Shown: piece after piece, positions 14,366 through 28,850 of the stretch
Numbering within the stretch: position 1 is the first letter of the stretch
How the letters are laid out: the number at the start of each line of letters is the position of its first letter
From: the human T2T-CHM13v2.0 reference genome, Homo sapiens
Length of the DNA: 64,000 nt
NCBI RefSeq assembly: GCF_009914755.1
Contig: NC_060938.1
Direction: 5' to 3' (one strand)
The notes under the pieces: generated by a model
What the model was told of the DNA's origin: nothing
The model's database searches: none
The model's input: the letters and a program-made list of their open reading frames with translations, nothing else
Program-made: the position numbers and the translations under genes

Positions 14366-15069
14366 TTCTTGAGGCGGCAGAGCTCAATTCTTCTGGAATG
14401 ACAAAAAAAAAAGGTGGGGGGGGGCAATAAATTAAAACAAAAAATACCTTCTCCAGTTCATTTCTTTGAGTAAGTTTTAAAGTAACTTTATAAAAGTCAG
14501 CATTTTCTCCATACAACAATAATTATTCAAGCTATTTTACTTGTCTTCCTATCTCTAAATAGGTGTAAATACTTTTAACATGTAGTCTTATGGCTGCCTT
14601 TTTTTTTTCTACGCCGAGGGAGCTCTACTGAACATGTGAAGAAACTAACACTCCAGAAGTCAAATGATCCACATACCTATTGGATCATTGGTCTGTGACA
14701 GAGAATGCTTTTTTCCCTTACTAGCTCATTCCAATCATCAGATGGTTAGCTTATCGCTGATGCTTAACAGTTTTCAATGATTCACTTGTCATTAGGGCTA
14801 TTAATCTTCATGGTTTAACAGAGAATTATAGACATCAAAAATTGGGAGAAAAATCTGACCACTGAAACCCACAGCACAACACTTTTCACTCCTTTATTTT
14901 GACCATTTCATTGGCATATAGGACAGAACTGCCTACTTCAGTGTGTGGGAAGGTAATGTTTAAAGATACCTATCTCAGGCCTACGAAGCATTCACCTAAA
15001 AGAGCAGATGCCTGGCAGGTAGGATGCAAGAAAAGATCCTTGATGAGTTTATTGGAAGGCTTCTTACAA

Positions 15070-15250
15070 ACCCTTTTCAATCATGTCACTTACCCATACG
15101 TTTCTTCATAGCAAACATACAACATAAATGCTATTATTTCCATTTTACCAATGGAAAACTGAAGCACAGAGGTCAAGGAACTTGTCCAAGACCACACAGC
15201 TAGTCACTGCTAAGTCCAAGGTCAAATCAAGACAATCTGACTACTATGTC
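15070..15250. mobile_element. MIR
   Basis: core cattttaccaatggaaaactgaagcacagaggtcaaggaacttgtccaagaccacacagc. Confidence 0.8.
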
Positions 15251-16419
15251 ACCCACCCTGTCCTCTGGATGGAAGTATGGTTTTTCTGTCATCATTCTGC
15301 AAAATCAGGATTTGGTGTTGAAGAGGGTATCTTCACCATCAATCATTCCAGCTGCCTCTACACTGACTAGTAGCATCCATAACATATTTTAATGCCAGAA
15401 AACAAATAGTAGTGCTAATTTCAGTTCAATTTTCATTCTCTGCAGAAAGTGTATCATACATGATTATTGGTATATAAAAATACATGCTCCAGAAGATACA
15501 GAGATAGATACTTGTAAAAGTGAACTAAAAATTTTTGCACTTTCTGAACAAAGCCCACCTCTTTTAGGTTGTAACCTTGCCAAGAAAATGATTGTCCTTT
15601 ACAATATTATGTATAGTTATATGCTTTATATTTATGGAAATCTGATGTGTGACACAGAACGCATAGTGTTGGTAACTGTGAAACTTTTTTCTTGGGCAAA
15701 TATCCTCAGAGAAGTGAATCATGATTTTTAATTAAGAAACTTCAATTGCATAAGTCCTACTTTCTGAATATTCAAGGTCTTTAATTTTAATGCAATACCA
15801 CTTTATATAGCTGCCCTAGAAGCGAGGCAAACTCACAGCGATTCTGTATCTCCAGGTCTTAAGAGAATTACCAAAGGTCACTATTATGACCAAGACTGAA
15901 AACCTTCATAGCTTTGCTTTTAAAAAATTTAAACAGTTCACAGTAGCAGTAATAGCTATTGGCATTTGATACCTTCCCTGGAGGTATCAAAAGACTGTCT
16001 GAGTATAATGGCCTAAGGCAAAACAGCTGAACCAGGTATCTATGAGACCAGCTTCAATGATCCAGAAAACTATGTTTAGGTTGTTGTAATGACCAATCTC
16101 ATTCAGAGAGGTACCCTAACAGGACACCACACATATTACCATGTTATATTTAAATACACATAACTACATAACTATCATAACTAAAATACTTAATTCAAAA
16201 ATAATAAAAGATGATTGTATCATATATTTGGTGTGAAATTATTTGAGTATTTCGGAAGTTTAGGTATGCTAGCATTTAAATTACATCATTGTTAAAGTTT
16301 GGGTTGATTCATTATTCAAATATCTTAACACTCCATCTTAATAGGAAGAATGACCCCCTAACATTATGTTTTATTAGGCAAGCACTTGATGCTGTCCCAT
16401 CACAAGTTTCTTGCAACTT

Positions 16420-16610
16420 GGAGCCAGACATCTGGGGTTTGGAATCTCTGTATTGCCACCTATTAGCTCTCAGGCTTTGGGCAAAATGACTTACATCTCC
16501 TGAGTTAGTCATGTCTTATGGATAAGATATTCACAGAGTGGGATGAGATAAGAAAGAAACCACTCATAGCATAGTATCTAATATAAGCTAAGTATAATAT
16601 AAATTTATCC
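16420..16610. mobile_element. MIR
   Basis: ggagccagacatctggggtttggaatc...tttgggcaaaatgactta. Confidence 0.6.
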
Positions 16611-17329
16611 GTGCTTATTACAACATGGCTGGTCTTTTTACGTTAATGTATGTATGGCTACCTTAGGAGGATTTGGAAAAATGCTACTGATAAATATGTC
16701 TTTCTCACTGAGAAGTTGTTTATGCAAAACAATTTCTTTGGATAGAGAGAATTAGCAGGTAGACGCAATTAGGGATATGAAATTTCAGCTGATATCAGTT
16801 TTGCATGTCTTTAAGGTAAATTTCTTTGAAGAATTTATCTTTTCTTTTTCTTTAGGTGAATTCCTTTATTATGTAGCTTCTGATAGAAGAATGAGCTCAG
16901 AACAAATTTCATTAAAAGGGCAGAAAGGTTTTGAGACTGTTTATACGATGAGGGCAAATGTTTAACAAGGAATTTGGCACATAATTAACTGTATCCCTTT
17001 TGCTTTAATCATTTATCCAATATATAATTTTTGAGCAAATATTATGTGCCAGCCAAATAAGCAAAGAACTAAGATAAAACTAATACACATTACAGTTAAT
17101 GCCTTTCTTCAAGAAGTTTACATTCGATTCTAAAACTTCTTCCAGTTAAATGTGATACACTAAATTTCACTAAAGCTATAAATTATAAATTTGTGTTATA
17201 ATTGTGAGGCAGTTTTAACAGGCTTGTTATAAAAATTAATGCTTTTATTTTTTCATAAATGTTCATTATTCCTTACACTTTGTCACTAAGTAGTGTTTAC
17301 AATTCCCCATTTTATAAAAATAAATGTAT

Positions 17330-17713
17330 TGATATGGGTTGGCTGTGTTCCCACTCAAATGTCATCTTGAGTTGTAGCTTCCATAATCCCCACGTGTCAT
17401 GGGAGGGACCAGGTGGAGATAATTGAGTCACGGGGGCAGTTTTCCCCATCTTTTTCTCATGATGGTGAGTGAGTTCTCCTGAGACCTGATGGTTTTATAA
17501 GGGAATTTTCCCCCTTTTGCTTGGCACTTCTCCTTGCTGCTGCCATGTGAAGAAGGATGTGTTTGGTTCCCATTAACCTTCTGCCGTAATTATAAGTTTC
17601 CTGAGGCCTCCCTAGACACGCTAAACTGTGTCAATTAAAGAAAAGCTCTTTTCTTTATAAATTACCCAGTCTTGGGTATGGCTTTATTAGCAGCATGAGA
17701 ACAGACTAATACA
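17330..17713 (+). mobile_element. THE1 (THE1B/D-like) solo LTR
   Basis: tgatatggg...gactaataca; TSD tgtat / ggtat. Confidence 0.93.
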
Positions 17714-17744
17714 GGTATTATATCTTCATAGCAAATATTTAAAA

Positions 17745-17870
17745 CGCATGTTATAATCTCAGTTTTACAGATGGGAAACTGAGACACAGAGAGGTTAAGT
17801 AACTTGTCCAAAATTACATGGCTAGACATTGCTAGGGCTAAGCTCGAATCAAGACAGTCTGACTCCAGAT
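17745..17870. mobile_element. MIR
   Basis: ttttacagatgggaaactgagacacagagaggttaagtaacttgtcc. Confidence 0.85.
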
Positions 17871-18828
17871 CTGAACAACTGAAATTTTAAGGCAATATTA
17901 CTCCTGATTCATGTGGGAACTAAAAATATTGGCCTCAGAAGGATCAAAATGTGTTCAGTGTCACTAGGAATCTCACCTTTATTCCTAGGCTCCTCTCTTT
18001 TGTGTTGCCTGAATATATTTATTATTCATATACACAGTGTCATTGACTAATATTGTTCTCTGCATTTCCATTTTGTTTCCTCCAAAAAACCTCCACTGAA
18101 AGATATGAGACTTGCTTGAGTGCTAATATCCCTGTCACTTTAAATATTATTTTTTGATATCTGTTTTTTATAATTTGATCTGAACTTTTCTTGTTTTCTT
18201 CTCTTTTTTGCAGTTCAAATGCAATTTATTTTTTATTGCATTATATAAAGAGTAAGTCTGATATGGTGTTATCATAATAGCTAGTACATAAGTTGTTTTT
18301 TAAAAAAAAATACTTAGCTTGTACTGGCACTGGAATAAATGCCTGACATGTATTATCTTATTTAATTCTCATAATAATTCAGTAAGTTTGGCACTGCTTT
18401 TATCATCATTTCATAGGGTATAAAATGGAGGCTTATAAAAAACAAAAAAGTAGGTCAAAGCATTTTATAAAGCGGTTGGCTTTTAAAATGCAAAATAAAC
18501 ATGTCAGGATTTAAGTACAAGATTAGGAGAGGCCAAGTGCCAAACTCTAAAGCACTGGTGGTATTTGAAGAATAAAGACTTGGATTTCTGTTTGGGTTCC
18601 AGCTGAACAGTGTGTACTCAAATGAATTACTTGGGTTCTTTGACTTTAGTTAGCTATCTTTAGTTTAAAATGCACAGCATTGCTTCATTGATTGTACATT
18701 TATTTATAGTGCCTACTATGTGCCAAAACCTGAATAGAAGATGCAAGGATGAATAAAATACCTTTCATCAATGACCTTAGAAGGCATGGTAATATAATAT
18801 TTATATTATAGAGGCATGCAATGATTGA

Positions 18829-18862
18829 ACAAATCAAAAGACAAGACAAATCAAAAGACAAG
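18829..18862. repeat. perfect 17-bp tandem duplication
   Basis: acaaatcaaaagacaag x2. Confidence 0.9.
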
Positions 18863-21800
18863 TGATATGGAGACACACATTGCTATTGTGTAGTTGAAGA
18901 CTGCGGGTGGTAAAAAGAAGTGTGTACATGGGGTTTCCTTCTTAGATAGAGCTTTTGTGTTTCTGTTTTACAAATCTGTGGCAGAAATCCATGCCAAGGA
19001 GAATATTCTGAGTCATGCAGAAGGTCAATTTTAGAAATGCTTTTATTCATGGACACCTTCACGAAGAAATTGTTATATTTTCCAACTGAATTCCAGAGAG
19101 AATGTGACAAGATAGGTGGAAATGTATTCCAAACTGCATGCATTTTATCTTGAGTTTGCTAGTCACATGTTTAATATCATAGGCTATACAAGTAACTAGG
19201 ATTCCTAAATAAGAGACTTAAATATTTTGATAATTTCTACAGTATTAGTAAAAGTAAATAATTATCCATGCATTAAGGTAATTATCAACAGTGTTTGGAG
19301 ACATGTTAGTAACTGAGGACCACTCACTAGATATTATAGCATCATTAACAAAGAGTACTAAACATTTGACAAAATAAAGTTATTTATATCATCTCTTCAG
19401 AGGTTTGAAACTACTATTTTAAGATGTGCTGCAGAGAAATCTAAATAATTTATTTGAATGACTGATGAAATGAAATGCATTCTATTTAGACTGGTATTAA
19501 TATAAATACAGGATTCCTCCAGAAACACTTCACATAATTACATCATTTATAATGTTAAATTTAGACAATTTTGACACATACTAGTTCTAAGTTGGTATTT
19601 CAAAACAGTTCTCAAAATTAATACTTCCCTACATTAAGATGAGGCTCCACTACATGAGAATTACAAAATAAGAGAGAAAGGATTGCAACAAATTAAAAAA
19701 ATAGTCATTGCTTTGATTTTTAAAAGGAATGAAAGCAGAATACAATCACGTTTTCCTCTGTGATCTGGCTTGTTTTGTTTTGTTTGGTAGCTGATTCTAC
19801 TTCCTGCCATGTACTTCATTTTAACCTTTGGACTTTCTTCCCTCTGAGTTCATTATTTAATTACAGGACATGCAATCCTTTGGGCTTCATCCCCAGCCTC
19901 TGCAGTTCCCTCCTCACTTGACCTCCCTAGAAGCCTCAAAGCTCCACTCTCTAATCTTGTTCTCAGGTTGGAGGGATTATTGACAGATGCCCAACTCCCT
20001 TGGGTTAAGCGTCTCTTCACTTATGTTACCAGTGTAACCCTGCCTGCTACCATATTCTTTCTGATCTCTCTGTTTCTGTGTCCTATCACATTGAGTTAAT
20101 TTTTCTATTATTTTCTATGGGCCTAGGTCCTTCATTTTAAGTGGTCTTAAGCAAGGCAATGTTTCTCAAACTTCATTTATTTTTGTATCTTTGTCATGAT
20201 TTTCGCTATTCAAGTTCCACTTGTATTGCTGTTTACATAGTACACTATTTTTAAATTAATTAGTATTTTTTTTTACTTAATTTTGCACTCTAATTTCTTT
20301 GAAAATAAAACTCAATATCTAAGGTATATGAAAAAAAACCCTCACCTTGCAAAAAAAGCAACTACAATTTAAACTCCATGAAGACAAAAATCACGTGATC
20401 AAAGTCTCTTCAGATACTGTTGCATATCTCAGGACGTTTGTTTGACGAATATGGGAATTAACATGAAGTACTGAACATAGCAACAATAAACTGAAGTTCT
20501 CTCCTTTCTGCAATCAGAATGACCAAAAGAAAACAGGATCAAAGTGATACATTTAAACCACAGTGCAGAATTTCTCTAACCTCTAATTTCTAACATAATT
20601 TTAAAAATAAGCAATACATATTAAACATAATAACCACTGACAACTCAGTGAGGAAAGGAGCATGATTTAATGCAATCAGCTTCCCAAACTGATGATGCAG
20701 GGATGGGAGCAGAAGAGTCTGGAACAGAATAAAGGGGTACAAAAGAGCTTAGCTCCTTACCCCAACTGTGCTCCCCAAGAACCATAGTGACAAGATGACA
20801 TTACTATTTCCTGGTATGAATATAAATGAAAAAACATAGATATTAAAAGAATTGTTCCATTTAATACCTAAAAGGCTCCTGGTTTATGACTATGTATTAT
20901 ATAATTTTGTGTAGAGTTTTCTCAGTTAGCTTTTCAGCATTTCTTTCTTTTGCTGTGATACTGCATAAAACACAAAATATAAAAATTATTAAGGTGAGTC
21001 CTGCTCGTAAGGAAGGTTATGTACCAACCATCTCTATGATTAATTGAAAAGTCTTTATGCTACAAAATGCTTGCCTATGTGGTCTCTGAGGTTCATTTTA
21101 ATTTATATACCCTAAACTATATTCAGTTTCAGTTACAAAATCCTTTAATAAAAAGAGCTGCCAAAACTTTTCACGATTAAAAAGGAAGTCCTTCTAAGCT
21201 GAAATTTTACAAAGCACATCTTATAGGTGATGATATATTAAATAAAAGGTTACTTTAATAATAATTTTTTTGCCAGCATACCTTCAATGCCATATAAATG
21301 TTTCCTATTCAATTACCTGCTCACATTTTTCATCTTCACTGATTTTGCAATGATCAGAATATTTCTCTTAAACCCCACTACATTAATCCATCAAAGTGCT
21401 TTTTTCATTAGGTGATGAAATTTCCCACCCAGAATATTGCCACGGAGGATGATGACATTTCCTATTGTTTCCACTTTACACTGTTATTTGTGAGGATATT
21501 TTTATTCTTCTAACCTCCTATTATTCAGGAAGCATAAGGGATTCATGATGCAGAAGGGAAAATTAGAAATCCACCGGAAGCAGACCCTTTGAATCTTTCA
21601 AAGGACCCTTTTCTGCTTATTCTCAGTCTCTCACAGATTTACCTAATTAATCACCTTTCTATTGATTAATTACTCACAGCATTTTGTCAGTGGAATGTTC
21701 ATTTACTGCAGAGCCAAGCTCACAAAGGAAAAAAATAAATAAAACAGTCCACATTGTACACATTGTAGCAGGCATCAGAACATCAAACAAGGAAGATATC

Positions 21801-23298
21801 AAAAGCTCCTCTGAGGAGGATGATGGCTGAAAAACATAAACAGACTCCCTTCAAAGACTAACCTACTCAACAAGGTAGCGCCTTATACCAGATAGTGGGT
21901 AGAGAACACTCATTTCTTTGATTCAACTTTTATGCTGTTGGTTTCTTCTTTTGTTTTTAGGTTACCTTAATATTTTGATGACACACAGCTAACAGATTTG
22001 CCAGGAGCATTCTAAAGGTTTCATCAAAATATGAAATGATAAAGAATAGCTGCAATTGTTACTCTGGGTTGGTACTGAGAGCAATGACTTCTGTGTTGAA
22101 CTGAGGGGAAAGAAAATCTTTATCTCCTCAAAATCATTTCCTTTCACCTCCTGGAACTCCTGCATTTGCATCATTGCCTCTTTACTATCTTACTGATATT
22201 TGCACACTTTGACATCTTGATGAAATTTGAGAGTACCAGATGTAGGGGCTAGCTTTGGCCAACCTATTATTCTGTGATAGCAAGAAGAGTGGGGAGAGTA
22301 CGAGAATAGGAACACTGAAGTATTGTATCACCTGTTTTACAATTTAGCTTAGACTAGTTCTGCTGATCAAACAATTCCCTAAGTAACAGGTACTTATTGA
22401 TTTGTGTATGGGAAGTAGGCTAGTTTAGAATAAAGATCTCTTCCTCTACAAAAATATGTGTTAGCTACGAGAATGCATGAATAAACCGTGATGCGCAATA
22501 TGGTAAGATAGTGACTCTCTGTACAAGAAGAGGTTTTGAAAAGGGAATGTTCAACATGGACTAAAGCAGTAAGAGGCATTTTCTTGTGAAATATCAATAG
22601 TTAACAAGGTCTTAAAATTAAGTATTGTTTTCTAGGCAGAGATTGTGTTTTGGTGGGAGGTGAAAGGGAGGGCAGAACAAGAAAGGCAAAAAGGTCCAGG
22701 AATCCAATAATGGTTACAACTGGGCAGAGCAATTCTGGCTTTCTCCAAGTTTGCTTTTAACTCCCAAGGCAGACAAATGGAAGGAGTGGAAAAAAAGTTG
22801 GGCTTCAGGCCGTTAACAAAAAGGGCTGGAAATATTGCCCAATTTTATGCATTAAATCTACATCCACTTAGTTAAATAATTAGAGGTCACTATGACTGGA
22901 AGTATGGAAATGTCGCAAAACTTCATGCTTGAGATGGGTAAATGGTGCTTTGGCATACAGGAGATTTGTTTCACTGAAGCTCAGACTCTCCTAAGACCTG
23001 GTAGGTCTAAAAAATTCCACGATATTTAATTGTTTTCTTCTGGGGCTCATTTTGTTCTTTTGAGGCTGCTTTCACTATCACAAACTTGTACCCAGTGTTG
23101 CTCAAGAAATTGAAAAGGAGGTGGATTACAAATGCTTATATTTGATATGGGGAATTAAATGTTGCACATACACAGGTACAAATCAAACCAATAGGAGAAC
23201 ACCAAGGTCTCATTAGAATCATGTGAAAAATGCTGAGTTTGTTATAAAACATGCATAAGTGTGTCAATGTGTAAATGTTTGATATTAGTGATTATTAA

Positions 23299-23920
<622 letters not shown>

Positions 23921-24164
23921 ATCATATGTATTTTGCAGGACCTTTCTTTTAAAAAGATTGTGGCAAAACAATGGACCCTCTCTGTAGAAACAACTTTTTT
24001 AGTGGTTATTTACCATGAAAATAACATGGAAAATAATATATAAAAGGTAAGCATAGTGTATACAGACATACTCTTCTGTTTTGAAAAAAGGAAGCTGAAT
24101 GACGATAATAACAGACACAAGAGCCTGAACAGTACTGAATTATAAAAGGAAAGCTGAAAATTGG

Positions 24165-24234
24165 GCTCACACCTGTAATCCCAGCACTTTGGGAGGCCAA
24201 GGCAAGTGGATCACCTGAGGTCAGGAGTTAGAGA
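24165..24234 (+). mobile_element. 70-bp Alu left-monomer fragment, no tail
   Basis: gctcacacctgtaatcccagcactttgggagg...tcaggagtt flanked by gaaaattgg direct repeats (24156-24164, 24235-24243). Confidence 0.9.
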
Positions 24235-25284
24235 GAAAATTGGCCCTGACTCATAGTTGGGACTCAGTAAATGTGTAATGGACTTCACCGTCTCTAAATG
24301 TAAGAGTTGTAGAGCACTTTACAATTGCCACTTGGTAATACCAGTTACTCAACTGTTCTGGCCTTTAAAAAATATGACTTTAAAATATTGATATGAAACA
24401 ACAAGATTTATTGCAATACCTCCCCTTATCTAGAGAACTTAGACCATCTCATCCAGAACACACATTTATGTGATGGGATGATGCCAATTTAATTTATCAC
24501 TGTTTCACCAATGGTTAAAATATTATCTGACATTGAAGGTCTCAGTAATTGCTGATCAAATTAATAAAAATATTAGTTATTTAGACTCCATACTTTGAAA
24601 AATTTGGTCTTAAAAACAACCAACTTTCCACTGGTTAAACTTACCCCATAAACGAATTGAATAGCACTCTCTACACTCCAAGCCTATATGATTTGTTTAC
24701 CTTTAAAACAACATTGCTAAAATTATAAAGATAGATTTTGAGAACATCGAGGAATTAAGGAGGTAGTAAGTTTAGCTGGTTAAGTTTGACCTGAATTTTA
24801 ATTGTTGACCTTGAAGCAAGTTACTTTCAAGTAAAAAATTCAATGTCTCTTTGTTTAATTAGTTTTGGGTGGCTCAATTTTTAGACTATTGTTCCTGTTT
24901 TTCTTTCCTCAGTTTTAATTGCCAATTTAAGCTCTGGACAAAATCTGAAAATTTACAACTGGAATTTTACAAGAAGGCCTCGTATTATAAAGTTTGTTGC
25001 TTGGTTTGTGAGACTTGGGTTGTGGACAGTTTGAATAAGGTTTTCATAGAAAAGCATCAGTGAAAGAAAGAAAATAAAATATATTTTAAAGTAACTTTCC
25101 TCCTTCCAATAAAACTTCTAAAAGTCAATACATATGACTTTTTCAAAAACATAAAAAAAAATGCCAGATATAGGGCTCTTCACCCAAAGATTAAAATAAG
25201 TTTTTTTTAAAACAAACAAACAAACAAACAAAAAGAACATATGGCTGAAATAAAAGTGCCTCTTGGTAGAATATGCAATGAAAG

Positions 25285-25671
25285 TGTAGGTTGGGTCCAG
25301 AGAAACAGTTGTGTGCAGACATCAATTCTCAGGAGACAATGAGGAGTGAAGCAAACAAGATTGAATGGCAGAAAGTTGAAGGGTGATACTGTTGAAATAG
25401 AGGACTTAGCCTCCATGAGGAATTTTAGACCTGCCATAATCCTTCAAAAGTTGTTATTTAAAACTAAGAGGCCGGGCCCTTGAACTGCTGCATCAACCAG
25501 TCATTAGATTAGTACTGTCCCTGGGAAGGGGCATAATGTTGAGTTTGGCTGAGGATAAGACCTGAAGGGGGATTCAGCTAAAAGCAATCAGCCCACACTA
25601 ACATGAGCTAAGGAAATACACAGCTCAGTGTGTGCAGAGGATCTGGATAGCACCTCACAGTGTCCATGACA
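25285..25671 (-). mobile_element. old ERVL LTR (LTR40/LTR41-like)
   Basis: taggttgggtcc... to ggatctggatagcacctcacagtgtccatgaca resembles ERVL LTR ends. Confidence 0.55.
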
Positions 25672-26090
25672 GAAAAATGTATATTATTGAGAAAAGATAA
25701 TATCTACAGAATCCTTCTTTTGATTTTATGCAGGAAACACAAAAAGCCTATAAGAAAGAGACATGTTGTGTTATTTGGAAAAAAGAAGTTAAGAAAAAGC
25801 AGCAGAGCACATTAACAGGAAGCTGAAATAAAAGCTTCTAGAGATAAAAGACTTTGCCTGTCTGATTCACTAAGGAAAAGCATTTAAAATAGCCTGACAC
25901 TTACACATGTTCAAAACTTATTGGTTGACATAATGAATGCATTAGTTATTCTTAAGTTCTTTCTGAATCAATAAAAATAATTTGCCTTTTAAAAAATATG
26001 CAGATTATTATTCTCCTGTGGTTACTTGGTTGAAACTTTTGTAGCCTCCTTTCTGTAGTGCACTGCTTATTCCGATAAGAAGAACAACCC

Positions 26091-26445
26091 TGATATGGTT
26101 TGGCTGTGTCTCCCCCACCAAATCTCAAATTGTAGCTCCCATAATTCCCATGTGTCATGGGAAGAACCGGGTGGGAGGTAATTGAATCATAAGGGCGGGT
26201 CTCTCCCGTGCTGTTCTCCTGATAGTGAATAAGTCTCATGAGATCTGATGGTTTTATGAAGAGGAATTCCCCCGCACATGCTTTCTCTCTTGCCTGCCAC
26301 CATGTAAGACATGCCTTTCACCTTTCACCATGATTATAAGGCCTCCCCAGCCTTGTGGAAATGTGAGTCAGTTAAACCTCTTTTTCTTTATAAATTATCC
26401 AGTCTTGGGTATGTCTTATTAGCAGTGTGAAAACAGACTAACACA
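26091..26445 (+). mobile_element. THE1 (THE1C/D-like) solo LTR
   Basis: tgatatggtttggctgtgtc...gactaacaca; perfect 5-bp TSD aaccc. Confidence 0.95.
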
Positions 26446-26574
26446 AACCCCATGGCAATGGAGGGGCTCAGCAGTCTTCTCAGAAGAGAAAGAAAACAAT
26501 CATGCAAAGAGGTAACTGCAGGTCTTCTTCAGGATCAGGTTAACTTCACCAGAGCTGCATCAGAGTTTGGTTAC

Positions 26575-26720
26575 AAACTCAGGCTCAATAATTTAACGGT
26601 TGTGTGACCAAAAGCAAGTTTCTCAATCTCTCCCAGTTTCTGTTTAATGACTGCACAATTGGAATGTTAATACAAACCTCACAGGCTTGTTGTAAGTTTC
26701 AGTTAAGATAATACTTGGTA
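26575..26720. mobile_element. MIR
   Basis: tgtgtgaccaaaagcaagtttctcaatctctc...cctcacaggcttgttgtaag. Confidence 0.6.
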
Positions 26721-26789
26721 AATTTTTAAAATAACTATGCTGAAGTGGGAAATGACCTTTTACCAAAAGCAGATAACCTAGGAATCAGA

Positions 26790-27690
26790 AAAGAAAAGTA
26801 CAAATGTAATTTTTTAACTTTGAAGAGAACTTTAATTTATAAAACAAGAAGATATTTACAATATTTCAAATAAGGCTAATATTTGAAATATATTAAAGCA
26901 TTTTATGAAACACTAAGAACAAAAACCAATTTAAAAAATGGAAAAAGGAGACACAGAGGTAGTTCCAAGAAAACAAAGCACAAGCAATATATAAACATTT
27001 GGAAAAAATGTTCAACATCACTCACAATTTAAAAGTAAAAATAAAAATGACAATATGATACATCTTTCCACTTTTCAAAAAGAAAACCTAAAAAGGAAAT
27101 AGAAGAATTTATAATATACACTGTGTTGATGAATTTTCAACAGTTCAGGTTCATGGCTGGTGTAAGTGTAAATTAGTACGAACTCTCTGGAGAATAATTT
27201 GGAAATAGGTATTAAATTAAAAATAAACATACCTTTTGACAGTGATTTAATCTCAAGGAATGTATATTACTGATAAATTTGTGTCTGCATGACTATTTGC
27301 TACAGCATTATTTGTTATGGGAAAATGGCAAAAATAACCTGCATTAATGAGGCATTAGTCAATAACAGGTTATGTTTATACATTTAATAAATTAATTTAT
27401 GTTCTAAAAACTATAAGAAAGATATTACAGGTGTTTTCATGAAAAGAAATTGTTAAATGAAAAATAAAAGCAAGTATAGAAAACTGGAAAATACATTTCT
27501 AACTAGATAAACAATTATATAAGGATATGTGTAAGTATTGTTGTGAATTGCAAAGAAGAGTTTTATCTGCAAATATTTTCCTACAGGAGAGGAGATTGAG
27601 GATACGGGATGAGAAAGGGACATATTTTTTCATTATGCACATTTAATATATTTGTATTTGTACAATATATGCAAAGATTATTGTAAAATA
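26790..27690 (+). mobile_element. old L1M (L1ME/MC-like) 3' region
   Basis: aaaaaatgttcaacatcactc, ggctggtgtaagtgtaaattagtac, catacc ttttgac L1M motifs. Confidence 0.7.
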
Positions 27691-28133
27691 TATAATACAG
27701 TTACTTTAAAATTTCAGAGAGCATGAACCTGGTCTGTCTCATTTATTAAGATATCCTTATTATCTGGAGCATTGGCTGCCACATAATACACGTTCAATAT
27801 TATTTAATAAATCCACATATACATGTTAAATAGAGAATTTAAGATTCCCATTACATATCTCTAGCTCAGAATCTTCTCTTGAGTTCTAAATATGCATTTC
27901 AACTATACTCTGGAACTGTTACTCAAATGCCTCATAGCTTCCTTATAGTTAGCACATTCAAAACTGTGTTCCATGTCACCTCCCTTCTATAAAATTTTTT
28001 TTTCTATGCTCTATCTTAATTAATGGTACTGTAACTCCTTGATAACACGAGCTAGAATTTGATCCCTTTCACCTTATCACTAATGTTGTTCACCTTAATT
28101 TTGATCATCTTTGCTATTGCAAAAGATTCCTTT

Positions 28134-28695
28134 TGAGGTGGGTAATCAGCAGGACTTTTTTCTGACCACCGCTTAAGATACCACCGATGAAAACAGGATC
28201 TAGTCAAAACCAGATACGGTAAAGAAAATAGCTCAAACCAGCTGAAACCAAGATAACAAGGAAAGCAACCACTAGTTGCCTCAATGCTTATTATATGCTA
28301 ATTACAAGTCTTTAGCATGCTAAAAGACACTCCCGCTAGTGCTGTGACAATTTACAAATGCCACAGCAATATAAGGTCCTGGAAGTTACCTTATATGGTT
28401 TAAAGGAGGAGGAACCCTTGGTTCCAGGAACTCCCTACCACTTTTCTAGAATATTGTGAATAACCTGCCCCTTATTTAGCAGATAATTAAGGAGTAGCTA
28501 TACATAAAGCTAGCCAGCAAGCGACAGTGCTGTTCTGCCTATGGGATACACCTGCTCTACAGAGCAGCCATTTTGCCGTACTCTGTGCTCTCATAAACTT
28601 GCTTTATTTCACTGTGTCTGGCTTTTGAATTCTTTCCTAAGCAAAACCAAGAATCTTCCTGAGCTGAACCCCGATTTTGGGGTTTGCCTGCATCA
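28134..28695 (+). mobile_element. ERV1 solo LTR, MER66-like (MER41-related group)
   Basis: tgaggtggg...cagcaggact start; agcatgctaaaagacactccc core; ...gcctgcatca end; TSD cttt / cttc. Confidence 0.8.
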
Positions 28696-28713
28696 CTTCC
28701 ATTCGTCTTTGCA

Positions 28714-28850
28714 ATATCTATATCTATATATCTATATCTATATCTATATCTATATCTGTATCTATATCTGTGTCTATATCTGTATCTATATCTGTGTCTA
28801 TATCTGTATCTATATCTATATCTATATCATCTATATATCTATCTATATAG
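28714..28850. repeat. (TATATC)n / (TATCTG) compound microsatellite
   Basis: direct reading. Confidence 0.9.

Noticed and set aside
15965-15991. Hairpin tttgatacct-N7-aggtatcaaa
   Set aside because: 10-bp stem only; too short for an RNA gene or MITE, and intrinsic terminators do not apply in this genome.
16857-16930. Plus-strand acceptor ttttctttttctttag followed by an open frame (GEFLYYVASDRRM...)
   Set aside because: No convincing donor and no recognisable protein.
21961-22020. Plus-strand acceptor ttttgtttttag|gttacc
   Set aside because: Stops in all frames and no good donor nearby; cannot be supported as an exon.
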